Below are positions 39,851 to 52,985 of a stretch of DNA of 64,000 nt, piece by piece. Both the position numbers and the translations under genes were made by a program. Source of the stretch: Octopus sinensis (lineage: Eukaryota); NCBI RefSeq assembly GCF_006345805.1, contig NC_043021.1, forward strand, positions 24,800,001-24,864,000, read 5' to 3'. Below the pieces are notes generated by a model. The model was not told the DNA's origin. It saw nothing but the letters and a program-made list of their open reading frames with translations, and ran no database searches. Within the stretch, counting starts at the first letter, position 1, and each line of letters begins with the position of its first letter.

Positions 39851-40539
39851 AGAAAATCTTAAAGAATGTCTCAAAGACAATTCTGTTGATTTTTGCATTC
39901 CTGAATAATACATTTTATTCTACACAGGTAGAAAAGAAATCCACTTTACTTTGGACGGGTATTTGCAAAATAAACTGCTATTCAGAAGGTTTGTCTTTAT
40001 TTTCTACTTGAAACAAATGGCAGAGTTTTGGAAATAGGAAAAAGAAAGAAACACTAAACTTACAGTTGAAACATGGAGTAGAACAAACTTGAATGTGTTT
40101 GTGTAAGTACAGCCTTCAGTGGTACCCTTGAGCAAGGCATTTCACTCACTTGGCCCCAAACAACTGGAATACCAGTAAGTAGTAGCTGGGAGTTAACCTT
40201 GCTGGGAACTAGCATCCTTTCCAGGTGTGTGAGGCAGTCTTGTACTTTTCTGTATCTGTCATGTATTTATATCTATATGGAACAAAAACACAGTAGAAGA
40301 CGATAAAGCATTCGGACAGATGGACAATACAAAGGTGGACAAGAGAAACAACAATTAGAAGGACAGGCATAAAAAGATGGGTCATTCGTGGCCTTCTTTC
40401 CTCAGTCAAGTACCAGAAGTTACGACTGTTTCAAGCAGTTACATTTGAGACAGTTCAATCTGGTTGCCCCCAAGAGAGAGAGACTGTTTCATTTTGTGAT
40501 CCAGAAAGTACAATAAATACCAAGGATCCATGGGGAACT

Positions 40540-41105
40540 GGTTTTCTCAAATGCCTTGGAGGCTCTGTAAAAGTAGTTGATAGTTTCTGTTTCCTTGGTG
40601 ACTTAAATAGCATTGGAAGAGGAGGGTGATGTGAAAGTGTAGGATAAGGATAGGATGGAGAAAGTTCAGAGAGCTTTTACCTCTTGGCTACAAAAGGTCT
40701 CTTGCTCTCACTCTCTCCTTGAGTGAAGGGCAGATTGTTTGATGCTTGTGTACATATAGCTATGTTGCATGGTAGTGAGATGTGGGCTCTAAATGCAGGG
40801 GAATGAAGCTTCTATGCTCCACTGGATGTGCTAGTGTATTGAGGGAAAAGCAGGGCATCAGAGAAATTGGATGCAGTGTGCAAGAGAGAAGACTGAACTG
40901 GTTTGGTCATGTGATGCACTTGGATGGGGACAGTTGCATAAAGAAGTGCTGGTCACTTAAAGTGGATGGAACTTGTAGAAGAAGGAGACCCAGAAAGACA
41001 TTGGATGAAGTATCGAAGGCTGGCGTCAGGATGCTAAGCCTTACCAAGGAGATGACAGAGGATCAAGAGAATTGGCAATTTGCTGAGCTGAAGAAGAGCT
41101 GTGTC
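40540..41105 (+). mobile_element. RTE LINE C-terminal fragment
   Basis: ERRLNWFGHVMH...GTCRRRRPRKTLDEV motif. Confidence 0.8.
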
Positions 41106-41247
41106 CATCACAGTAAAAACGAAATCCTGAAACCCCTTGGTATGCTTGTATGTGGGTCCTTGCCTCGATTCCTCTTTGTCTCTGCTTTCAAGTCTTTCTC
41201 AATTATCTCCCTTTAGGCTGTTTCCAAAGTTTTATTTTCATTTCTCT

Positions 41248-41280
<33 letters not shown>

Positions 41281-42408
41281 GTTTAACGTCCGTTCTCCAT
41301 GCTAGCATGGGTTGGACGGTTCGACCGGGGATCTGGGAAGCCAGAAGGCTGCACCAGGCTCCGGTCTTATCTGGCAATGTTTCTACAGCTGGATGCCCTT
41401 TTACTCGCATCTCTACCTTAGTAGAAACTGATGGATAAAGAAATCAAACAGCATAAAAACGATTGGCAGCAAAACCATTCGGAAATTAAATAACACTAAC
41501 ATGTTTTTATAATATATATATATTATATATACATCTATATATCGATCTAAGTTAACAGGAATACTAAAGGAAGACTGGAATTTAAGAGAATGGAAAACCA
41601 AAAGGTCTCCTGCTATTCATTTAAAAATTCCTGAGTAGAACTTATTATTATTACCTCTGCCTTTAAAACTATTTTGAATGGTGAATTTATTAACTTTGAA
41701 TAAACTATTTATTACTGTTACTAATTTTCTACAGCCACCTTCACATTCCATGGCTACCATTGGGATCGATCAGGTACCGAACAAGGATTCTGGATTATTT
41801 TCCTGTTTTTTTACTTCATTTTTGAGAGCAGTTGGGTTCATTTTTAGTATTCTCACTTGTGAGAGCAGTCAAGTTTATTTCAGACATTCTCCTTTTAAAA
41901 ATCATCTCCAGCTAATCATTGAGAGGACAATGGAGTTGCCTTAGCAGAGGTTTGCACTCTCTGAGTACTCCTGTTATTATTATTATCATTTGATGCAAAC
42001 TCTCAGTTTATTTTGCTGGGTATGATGGAAAGTGTCAGCTGTCCACAGCCAGCAGACTAAGGTGACACTTGTTTAATGGTCATGCTTCATGGACCCTGCA
42101 AAGAATTCTTGCAGTTCCAAACAGTGCTTATTTTTGTAGGTGTTCTACCTTCACACTTGTACCACTCTTTTTTTAGCTATGTTGGTAGTTGAGTGCTGAT
42201 ACTTCCAAATGTGCCAGTCACTACTGGTATCACATCCACTCTCTTCGTTGCCTACAACCTGTGTATTTCCCACTTCAAATTGCCATAGTTGTTCGCTTTT
42301 TCTTCTTTCTCTTTGATCCTATTGTTACCAGAACATTCTATGTTGCTTATTATTATCGTTATTATTATTATTATTTTTACAGTTCTGTTGGATGAAGAAC
42401 TCTTGAAA

Positions 42409-42730
42409 ATGTCTTTGAACAAATTCATGCATCCCCGGAATCTATACAAAAAACGCAAACCTAACTTCAAAGAATTAGCCTTGAAATATCCAGAATTTCG
42501 AAGCCATTTGGAACAGAATCTTTCTGGTAAACTAGTTCTTGATTTCAAGAATCCTGCAGCTCTTCGCTTGCTCAGTACAATTCTCTTGAAGGAAGATTTT
42601 GGGCTGGAAGTCAATATCCCTTCCAATCGTTTGGTGCCAACCATTCCACTTCGGCTGAACTACATTCACTGGATTGAAGATCTGATTGTCTCTGATCAAT
42701 CCTCTGCTCCCATCCAGGGTATCGATATTG
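42409..42730 (+). CDS. METTL16: METTL16 RNA N6-adenosine methyltransferase, coding exon 1 (exon starts 42383 after a tttttacag acceptor; ATG at 42409)
   Basis: Translates MSLNKFMHPRNLYKKRKPNFKELALKYPEF...LVPTIPLRLNYIHWIEDL...GIDIG, matching the METTL16 N-terminus. GTAAGT donor at 42731, phase 1. Confidence 0.96.
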
Positions 42731-43833
42731 GTAAGTGTGTGTGTGTGTGTGTATCTATAGTTATATCTGTACATGTATGGATGGCTACGTATCTATGTGT
42801 GTGTGTAAATCGATGCTTGTGTGTGTGTGTGTGTGTGTGTGTAAAGGTGTATCTGTGTGTCTATATGTGTTTTTTGTGTAACTGCATGGGTCTGTTTAGT
42901 GTATGTGTGCATCTGCATTTTTACCTGTGCATGTGCGTGCACACCTATGTGTATAACCATGTATCTGTGAGTATGTTATGTCAAATATGTCAGCAGAGGA
43001 AGTCCTAATTTCACACTCAGCCCCCATGAGTTCAGTAGGGGTGGTCAGGATATGTGGAAGGCTGCTTCTGTTGCAAACTGTTTTAGCATAAATGATGAAA
43101 ATAGATATAAAACTAATAGGGAGATGGAGGCACAGCCACAGGGGCTCATGGTGGTAATTAGTTGGGGGATGGGGTCAGATATGGTTGGGTCCTGAAGTTG
43201 GGATTAGGGTTCCTTAGTTTGAGGTGAATTGTTTGAAACCTGAAGGATGAGATTAGATTATTCAGAGAGACAGACAGACAGACAGACGCACACATATGCT
43301 CAAGCTTATAATGAAGGCCAATTAGAGAAGCTATAATTAGCCACTGAAATGGCATTTAATTAGAGTAGGGTGTGGTAGACAGAAACACTACATCACATGA
43401 CGACACACCACTTAGCAACCATCAGGGGACATTAGCTATTGTTGTTTAACCCTAGGTTAGCCTTGATCAAGCAGTCCTGTAATGAGATGTGTTCCAACCA
43501 TGACCATCTTGTTGTTTTTTTTATATCATGGACTAAATTTTTCAGTGTGTCCTTCTTTATTTAAGACTGTTTTGAATGAGATTTGGTTGTTATTTTTGGC
43601 ATTGGCTCTAGCAGTGGGGGTCGTGGGTGGCAGTTTATATATGACAGGGGGAGTTAACTTTGGCTTTTCACCTGCTCCCTGGAGTTGGAACAACTAACAT
43701 TTGCTTTGGTTCTTCAGAGATTCTGCTTTTGGGAACTGAGAAAGAGTAAACAGTGGTTCCATTCCTCACCAGGCTTTCATTTTTAAATCCTTTCACTATC
43801 CTATTTCTGTTGAATTAATCTGATTTTGTCAGA

Positions 43834-44060
43834 TTAACCCATTTGATACAAAGACACTTGAGACCACTCTTGGTTCTTTTATACAAATTCTCTGTTTTAA
43901 AGGGATCTAGATTAAAATCTTTCATCAAAATTTTGTGTTTATTTCTGTTCCAAACACCAGCTTTTTAATATCAAGATTATTTTACTAAATTTTCATTATT
44001 TTCAAAATTAATTGAAACAAAAACTGTCTTTGAACAGAAATTCAGTAACAAAGAGGTCAA
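43834..44060 (+). mobile_element. Old piggyBac-derived MITE
   Basis: Begins ttaaccc and ends cagaaattcagtaacaaagaggtcaa. Shares aattaattgaaaca and the terminal segment with the 3' end of the piggyBac at 51900-52985. Confidence 0.45.
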
Positions 44061-44209
44061 GCTCACATTAGAACGTAAATGAACATGAAATTTTAATGGA
44101 AGCACTTTAAAACAGTTTTTATCATAAGACCCGAGAGATTTGAGACAGATTGGCGCCAGAGGTGAGAATTCTCAAGGATTCTCTTTTGCTTCCTGAACTC
44201 TTTTCGCAG

Positions 44210-44350
44210 GTACCGGATCCTGTTGCATCTACCCTTTACTCGGCCATAAGCTCAATGGCTGGAAGTTCTTAGCCACAGAACTGGATGAAGAAAGTGCAGC
44301 CAAAGCAATCGAAAATGTAGAAAAGAACAACTTTCAAGACTCCATAACAA
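44210..44350 (+). CDS. METTL16: METTL16 coding exon 2
   Basis: ttttcgcag acceptor and gtaaat donor. Completes the SAM-binding motif: (G)TGSCCIYPLLGHKLNGWKFLATELDEESAAKAIENVEKNNFQDSIT. Phases match the flanking exons. Confidence 0.95.
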
Positions 44351-46286
44351 GTAAATGCCCTTTTTTTTCTTTTCCATTTTTTTTTACAATTCTTGCAGTT
44401 AAAAAAATTTATATCATCATCATCATCATCATCACATGTCCATGTTTCATACTGACGCAGGCTGGATAGTTTAACAGGACTGGGTGTGTTCAAGGACTGC
44501 ATCAAGTGTCTGCTTTGACATGCTTTGTACAGCTGGATGCCCTTCTTTACAGTCAACTGGGTGCTTTATGTGCCACTGACACGTGTGAGGTCACTATTCA
44601 GTTTGGAAGCCTATTTATTTATTTATTTTGGGGTCTTACTTGAAGTGAAAGGCTTGTGACTGCATCAAACTTCTGGGTCTGTTTTGGCATGGTTTTTTTA
44701 CAGCTGGATGCCCTTCCTAACACCAGTCACTTCACAAAATATCGGTCATTTCATTTCCCACACAAAACCAGTCTATAGAACCACACAGTGTTTCTTGTTG
44801 GCATCGGTTGGTTGATTAGTATCACACACGTCACCAGTATGGTTCTTCGACTGGCTAGAAAGGAAAGCCAAATTTCCATCAAATCCTCACACAGCAGATG
44901 TCATGGGATTTCGACAAGAGGCTGCATACTCTGCCATAACCTTGACCGAAAATTTCAACCCTGAGTTATCTGTAAACGATGAGATGGTCATGGCCAGATT
45001 GCGCTTGATTGCAGGTTTGGTTTTGGTCAGTCAGGTCTGACTTGGGTTAAACAATCTTTGTTGCCTCTTGGCCTGTTAGAAATAACAGAAGTCTCCCTTA
45101 CTGTCAGCTTCATAATTTTGACGTCCACCTTTCCATGATTGCAGATTCTTCTATGGCTGGATGCCATTCCTGTCACCAACCTTCGCCTGTTTCCAAGCAA
45201 GGAAACATTCCTCTAGCCAGACATGTTTTTATGGAAGACTGGAATTGAAGGACACCATTTGTATGATGGCGATTCTCATTTGACGACTATCACGTAAGGG
45301 AACTCACACACACATATGTACATACGTGTGTGTGTTACTGTCTCCTTGCCTTGACATCATGTGATAGTAGCGAGTGTCAGCATCATGCAAACTTGTGTGG
45401 AAACATGTCTGGCCACGAGGAAATGTTATTTTGTTTGGAAATAGATGAGGGTTGGTGATGGCAAGGACACCCAGCCGTAACAAGTCTAGCGCAACAAATT
45501 CTGTCGGATCCATTCAACCATGGAAAAGTGGATGTTAAAGCAATAATTATGATGATGATGATATATGTCAGGCTTCTTTCAGTTTCCATCAACCAGATCC
45601 ACTCACAAGGCTTTGGCCTAGGGCTACAATGGAGGTCATTTGCCCAAAATGCCACACATTTTAAATAATATAGTCCTTCTTCCTTTCTTAATTACTCAGT
45701 CATGTCTGCTAGTTTCTTTATCCATCTCACCATCAGTTAATAATTTTCACTTTTATTTTATTTCATCATCATCATCATCGTTTAACATCCATTTTCCATG
45801 CTGGCATGGGTTGGATGGTTTGACTGGGGACTGGCAAACCAGTAAGCTGCACCAGGCTCCAATCTGATCTGCTAAGGTTTCTACAGCTGGATGCCCTTCC
45901 TAACACCAACCATGCCAAGAGTGTAGTGGGTGCTTTTTATGTGCCACCAGCACAGGAGCCAGTCAGGTGGCACTGGCATTGACCATGTTCAGATGGTGCT
46001 TTTTACGTGCCAGTCGGTAGAGGACTGGTATTGACCACATTTGGATGGTGCTTTTTACGCGCCACTGGCACGGGGAGCCAGTCAGGCATCATTGGCATCG
46101 ACCCATGCTTGAAAGGTGCTTATTACGTGCCACCAGCACGGGTGCCAGTCAGGTGGCACGGACATTGGCCACAATTACAATTTCCATTTTGATTTCAATC
46201 TTGATTTTTTTTTGATTTTACTTGACTCAATAAGTCGTCTCAAGTGAAGCGTATCGCTCGATTTTTTTTTTTTTTTTAATTTTTAG

Positions 46287-46538
46287 TTAAGAAAGTCAGC
46301 AAATTGGAGAGTTTGAGATCAGTGGTGGAAGAAACTAATCAGACCTATGACTTCTGCATGTGTAACCCACCATTCTACAGCAACGAAGAAGAGCCAACCG
46401 TTGCTTCACCTTCAATAAACGAGCAGCGCCACATGCAGCAGCGACAGCCAGCACCGTGGAGAGTGTGACGTGGGGTGGGGAATATCAGTTTGTGAATCAG
46501 TTGATCCAGGACAGCCTGGTGCTGCGTCACAGAGTCAG
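46287..46538 (+). CDS. METTL16: METTL16 coding exon 3 (catalytic NPPF motif; apparent 1-nt frameshift at ~46393)
   Basis: Poly-T/ttttag acceptor and gtaagt donor. First frame reads IKKVSK...YDFCMCNPPFYSNEEE. A shifted frame then reads ANRCFTFNKRAAPHAAATASTVESVTWGGEYQFVNQLIQDSLVLRHRV. Confidence 0.92.
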
Positions 46539-47966
46539 GTAAGTGACAGTAGTGTTTGTGTTAACATCTGTGTGTATGTGAAAGGCTGCCAGAACGGTTA
46601 GCATGCTAAGGCTGTGCGATGGCAGAACGGTTAGCAAGCTGGGCAAAATGGTTAGCAGCACTTCATTCATCTTTATATTCTGAGTTCAAATTCTGCCAAG
46701 CTCAGTTTTGGCTCTCATCCTTTCAGGGTCGATAAAATAAGTACTAGTTGAACACAGGGGTCGATGTGATCAACTTGCCCTCTTACCTGAAATTGCTGGC
46801 CTTGTGCCAAAATTTGAAATCGATGTGTGTGGTGTGCCTGATGTGTCACAGATTCACCCATTTCTAACCATTTCTCATTCTCACCATACACTCTTCTAAC
46901 CCCTAAACACCAACACTTCTTGTTCTGTCGCCAATCCTTCCTCCTCACCTCATATCTTGAGGGGACCACCCCAACACCTCATCCCCACTATTTCATTTCG
47001 CTTTCCAGCCCCATGCTGGTTCCTTCCAATCCTCTCTTTCATAACATGGACAGCTATGTATCTCCTCTACACCAAGAAACCTGTTCTGTTCCAGCCCTTT
47101 CTTTCACACTTTAACCTCTCATCCCTTGCATAAAAACCACCTCCCCCCCTCTCCTGGTGTACCCCAGTCAGTCAAAAGGGTGTCTTTGTCTTGCCTGCTG
47201 CATTGAGATATCACTAGTGTTGGTGCCACAGAAAAAGATCACACTGTAAAATGGTTAGAATTTGGAAAGGCATCCAGACATAGAAACCATGCCAAAGCAG
47301 ACACTGGAGCTTAATATAGTGTTCAGACTCAGCAGATCCTCTCAGATCATTCAACTCTTGCCATCATGGAAGAATAATGGTAAAAAAGGATGATGATGAT
47401 TAGAAGACTACACACTGATGAGGTTTGAGCATCTTAAAAAAACATGTCTTTGACTTTAGAATAAATTTTTGTTTGTAATCTTTCATCTGAAGTGCCCCAA
47501 TAACCGTTTTTAATTAATTCCCTTCAATTAATTTCCAGTCCACCACAAAATAGAAAAAAATATTAAGAACCCCAGATCTTTGTGTTTGTGCTATTATTTA
47601 GCACCTAGTCCAACTTGATTAAACAAACATACCTTCAGAAGTTTTCCAACCGTAGTTAATCTGTCTGAGTATCTGGGACTATTTGCCAAAGTGTCCTTCT
47701 TAGTCTAAGACAGTAGAGTTTGGCTACTATTTCTAGTGGATCCTGTGCTCATGTTTTCTTATGTCTGCATTTTAGAAGAATGAGAGTTTAGGTCACTGGT
47801 GATCTAAACTAATAGGTATGTGGTCTGAGTGCTTCAAGTGATAAGCTGCTAGGCCCCAAGTTCATAACAGGAGCTGGAGTTGTTGTAGTTACTGTCCAGT
47901 AGGGAGAGGAGTGGGGATCCATAGCCACCCCCTAAGTCTGTAGGTATAATTTCAAGAAGAGGAAAA

Positions 47967-48182
47967 CAAAATCAAGGCATGACAAGCTTTTAGGTTAATT
48001 TGAATTAGTTTAATGGTGAAGCAAAGTAAGCAAAAATAAAATGAAGTAATATAAAAGTGCCTTACAGCTGTTTCTGAAACAGCTGTAAGACATTTATATG
48101 TATTTTATTTCATTTTAGTTTACTTTGCTTCACCATTAAACTAATTCAAATTAACCTAAAAGCTTGTCCTGCCTTGATTTTG
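47967..48182. repeat. ~108-bp-arm palindrome centred on a hammerhead 3' half (GAAACAGCTGTA); Penelope-like fold-back in a METTL16 intron
   Basis: Arms 47967-48074 and 48076-48182 are reverse complements with few differences. Centre reads ttacagctgtttc-t-gaaacagctgtaa. Confidence 0.8.
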
Positions 48183-50253
48183 ATGTTATTTTTGTAGATT
48201 TTAAGTTCTCTGATTGTTATTTTATATTCTTTAAATCAGTGAATGTTTCAATGAGGAGGTTGAATAAGGCAAAAAAACATTTCTGGAGTTGTCTCAGAAG
48301 GATCTGAAACACTCCCCAGCTGTAGTCATTCACATTAAATTTGGAATGTTTTGGATTTTGGAGTTGTCTCCCTTCTTCTTTCATATTTTCTCTTTTTTTT
48401 CCCAAACGGTTGAAATGTCCTGATATTCCTTCTTTCTCTTCATTGATATCATCATCATTATTTAGCATCTACTTTTTCAAACTTGCATGGGTCATTTGGA
48501 TTCATTAAGGCAAAGTTTCCACGGTTGTATGCCTTTCCTATCGTCAGCCCTTACCTCTTTCCAAGCAGGGTAATTTTTTTTCCTATGGCTTAACATTTTT
48601 TCATCAAAAATTGGAAATGAACGACTCATTTACAACCTTCACACAATATCAAGACAAGTTGACAGAGAAACAAGAGGTTTCTTCCAGTTTCCCTCTACCA
48701 AATCCACTCAAAGGTGTTTGGTTCACCTGGGTCTAGAGTAGAAAATGCTTACCCCCAATGCCTTGCCCCTGTGTATCAGTGTGACCTTCCTGGAGATAGC
48801 AATAAAACTGATTCCCTTCATTGTCAAGATATAAGAAATCTCTCTCCCTCAACAAATCTACCCCTTTTCTTCCTTCAGTCATATATTTACATCTCAACAC
48901 CTCACATAGAGCATCCATCCTATTTCCTGGTCTCCCTTTCAGGCAAGGGACCTCTTTAGTTCTGCAAGTTTCGAGGCAGACTCACAGTTCTGGTGCTAGT
49001 AAACCCTGTAAAGTGTTTGAGGTTAGGAAGGGCATCCAGCCATAGAAACCATTCTAAAACTGAGAAACTAGAACAAGGCTTGGTCTGCTGACCTTTTCAC
49101 CCTGTCTGACTGTCCAACCCATGCTAGCATGGAAAGCAGACATAAATACTAAAAAAATATATTTCTTTGTTCATGAACTTACTTTGAGGCAGGTGTCACA
49201 GTATCGGGATAGATAAGGGGACATGGGATTTAGAGCAGAGGCAATATACTGTGCCATAGACCTGACCAAATAATAGCTACCTAGAAAGATTAATGGTGTA
49301 GGTGGTGGTGGTGGTGGTGGTGGTATCATCATCATCATCATCATCATCCAGAAGTGCCAATGTGGCTGTGCAGTTAAGAAGCTCAATTCCCAACTGTCTT
49401 CATTCTCCTTGTGCAGCATCTTGGAGAAATGTCTTCTGCTACAGGTTGACCAAATCCAGGCAAATGTAGACAAAAACTGAAAGAAGCCCATCATATATAC
49501 AATCTATGCCAGCATGGACAATGGACATTAATTAAATCATGATGATGATGATGATGATGATGAGAGAGATTAATTCAAAAATTTAAAATCAAAACATTTG
49601 GCATCACTTGAAAAATGCATTTTATTTATTCATTTATCTAAAATGTTTTGTTTTGTTTTGTTTTGTTTTTTTAGTGATGCCAGGTGTTTTGATTTTCCAT
49701 TCTTTTATTTTAATCTCTATCCACTCTCAGAGTGGTTGGCGTTAGGAAGGGCATCCAGCTGTAGAAACTCTGCCAAATCAAGATTGGAGCCTGGTGCGGC
49801 CGTTGGTTTGCCAGTCCTCAGTCAAATCGTCCAACCCATGCTAGCATGGAAAGCAGACGTTAAACGATGATGATGATGATCCACCGACTCAAAGAAAATC
49901 CACTTATAGCCACTTACGATAGATAATCTCAACACCTCACTTTTCAATTGCAGTTCAGGCCGGAGTTTCAGTGGTTAAAACGGAATGAACACTGGCAGGA
50001 CATACTGATTTACATTACATCAGTTGATGCAAACACTTTGTAGATTCTACATAAGTAGGTGCAGGGGTGGCTGTGTGGTTAGGAGCTTGCTTCTGGACCA
50101 CATGGTTCTGGGGTTCGGCAAAAGAGACCAATAGAATAAGTACAAGGCTTACAAAGAATAAGTCCTGGGGCCGATTTCTTCAACTAAAAAGGTGGGGCTC
50201 CCTCATGGCCACAATCAAATGACTGAAACAAGTAAAAGAATATATATATATAG

Positions 50254-50287
<34 letters not shown>

Positions 50288-50779
50288 TTATGTATGTATA
50301 TATATATGGCACATGGTCTTCCCAGTTCCTATCAAGATCTCCAACCCATGCCAGCATGGAAAACAGATGTTAATGGGTGATGATGATACATATAACAAAC
50401 TTGTTTTGGTTTCCATCTACCAACTCCACTTGCAAGGCTGTGGTTGGCCTGGGGCTATAGTAGAAGACATCTACCCAAGGTTACACACAGTGGAATAGGA
50501 CCCCACAACCACTTGGTTAAAGAGCAAACTTCTTAACCACTCAGCTCTGTCTATTTGTATTTACTGGAATCAGTCCATTGCAGCTCAACAACTCCACTTG
50601 TCTTACTGATGTTTTTTCAGAAATCGTTTTTAGTGAAGAGAATTTGATAAAAACTGGGCAGTTTTGCATAAAACACAAAATGGGTTTTTTGTTTTAATTA
50701 TTATCGTCTGCTATGTATAATATTTTGTAATGTTGCAAGTTAATTAATAGTGGTAATTTGTTTTTGTTTTATCTCATAG

Positions 50780-50849
50780 GATTTATACCAGTATGGTTGG
50801 CAAAAAGCAGAACATGTTGGCCCTGAAGTATGAGTTAAAGAATTTGAAG
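50780..50849 (+). CDS. METTL16: METTL16 coding exon 4
   Basis: ctcatag acceptor and gtattg donor. Reads (R)IYTSMVGKKQNMLALKYELKNLK, corresponding to human WYSCMLGKK. Confidence 0.93.
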
Positions 50850-51899
50850 GTATTGTTGTTGTTGTTGTTTTGGTTTTTTTTTTATGTACAACAAATTGTA
50901 TTTATCTTCATTGTTTTATCTTCTTTTCTGTGCTTGAGTGGGTTGGGTGGGGTTTTTTGAAGCAGATTCTTTACAGCTGGATGCTCTTCCTGTGTCCAAC
51001 CTTCACCTGTTTCCAAGCGAAATAATGTTTCTCTATAGTCAGACATGTTTTTCACAGACTGTTGGCAGTGGACATTCATCTACAACAATCCTCTGATGTC
51101 AAACAAGGAGACACAAACACATTCACAAACCTCAACTCTCATACATCTATATGACAAGGCTTTGGTTGGCCCAGGGCTATAATAGAAGACACTTCCCTAG
51201 GTGCCGTGGGGACTGAACCTGAAGCCATGTGGTTGGGAAGCAAGCTTCTTCACCACACAGCCATGCTTTGCACCTCATATTCGGGAACTCAAATAACGTC
51301 AGTTTGCTTCAAGCTTTTATTTAGATTGACAACGTTTGGGATTAAAGAATGTTTTCTGCTGGAATGTTATGCACCCTGACTCTTAGACGAGCTCCATGAT
51401 ATCCCTGTCTGCCCCAAGAAGGGACGAAAAGGGTTGGTGTTAGGAAGCTACCTGAAAAATCCTGTCCAACCCACGGCAGCATGGAAAAGCAGATGCAAAG
51501 CTGCTGCTGACAATAATAATGATGATGATGATGCTACCGTTGCTCCCCCCCCATCCACTTTGTCATTGTTCTGCTCTTATTCCCCTCTTCTGCTGTGTTC
51601 CCATTGATTAATGGTGGATGTGGGAGACCCTTTTGTGTTTGGGTCACAATAGAAATACTCGGTACACTTTAGGAAGTGATTGGGGACAGGGTTAGGAGAT
51701 ATGAATTTATGAACAATCCTACTCCCCCCCCCTCCATTTGTCTGGAGAGAGGGGAGCAGAGGCCCTGAATAAGAATCAGCTTCAACTGGGCTGTGACAAC
51801 CAGTCCAACCCATGCCAGCATTGAAAGCATGCATAAAAGGATGTCATGTCATCCTTTCCTGTTGTTTTTGTGTTAAAAGAAATGGGTGGACAAGATTAA

Positions 51900-52985
51900 C
51901 CCTTTCTTTACCAAACCGCCCAAAGCCGCCCGAAAAAAATTTTGGTTAATGAGACCAAACCACCCAAAGCCGCCCGAATTTACCTATTCATATTTAAATG
52001 AGAATATCAGAGCAAATCTCTTCAGTACATTCGTGAAAACACGTATTATACTTCGTAAACAGTTCAACTACAGTTTTGTACAAAAATCGAAGTGTAATTT
52101 TAATTCCGTGAATTTTGGGAGATTTTTTTCCGAAATTTGTTCCTATTGTGTTTTCAAAATTTGTAATTCTGACAAAAAATGGATACGAATTTCATTATAT
52201 CAAGCAGCGAGTCAGAATTCGAAGGATTTTCTACTGGAGACCTTCATAAATCTAACTCTATGACTGAAAAAAAAAAGCACGTGGTATTTGATAATGAATC
52301 TGATGTTTCATTTTCCGAAAGTGAAAACAGTGAATCTGAGACCTCCGATAGCGATAAAGAAAACAAATTGGCACTTGAATGGAGTGAAAATTTAAAAACT
52401 GTTTCTTTCGGTGATTTTTCTGAAGAAACTGGACCAAGCCACAGACTTTCCCAGAAGAGTAAAGCCTTAAACTATTTCTTTTTACTTTTTCGAATGAGCC
52501 TATTTGAAATCATTACAGCGGAAACGAACCGTTACGCTAAACGTAAAAAAGCGAAAGAAACGATAGTTAGTGGTTTCCCACAACCTTAAATGAAATTAAG
52601 GCCTATTTTGCCATAAATATTATTATGGGTATCAGAAAGTTACCCAGAATAACAAATTCTATCGTAAAATTTTGTTGTATACCCAATTGAATATTAGCTA
52701 ATAACCCATTTTCTATAGCGATGTTTGAACAAAATTTTAATAATTTTATATTTTGTTGAATTTACCTGTATCTACCTGCAATTAGAGTCACTTTGTGACA
52801 AAAATTATAGTATAGAATTGGTTGAGAATATTTCATTAAATTATCTTCCAAAAATCAGATTAATATATCGATAAATAAAAAAGTTATAGTTGTTTAATGA
52901 AACCAGACTAAATTTATGATTACGTTAGAAATTAATTGAAACACATAAGGGGTGTAATTTGGTCAGAAATATAGTAACGAAAGGG
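51900..52985 (+). mobile_element. Internally deleted piggyBac DNA transposon in a METTL16 intron
   Basis: TTAA TSDs at 51896-51899 and 52986-52989. Termini CCCTTTC-TTAC / GTAACGAAAGGG. Transposase N-terminal remnant at 52179-52650 (acidic Ser-rich segment, FSEETGP, FFLLF...AETNRYA, then EIKAYFAINIIMGIRKLP after a frameshift). Confidence 0.9.

Noticed and set aside
42731-43008. C-terminal Cys/Val-rich part of ORF 42289..43008
   Set aside because: Translation of an intronic (TG)n tract after the GTAAGT donor.
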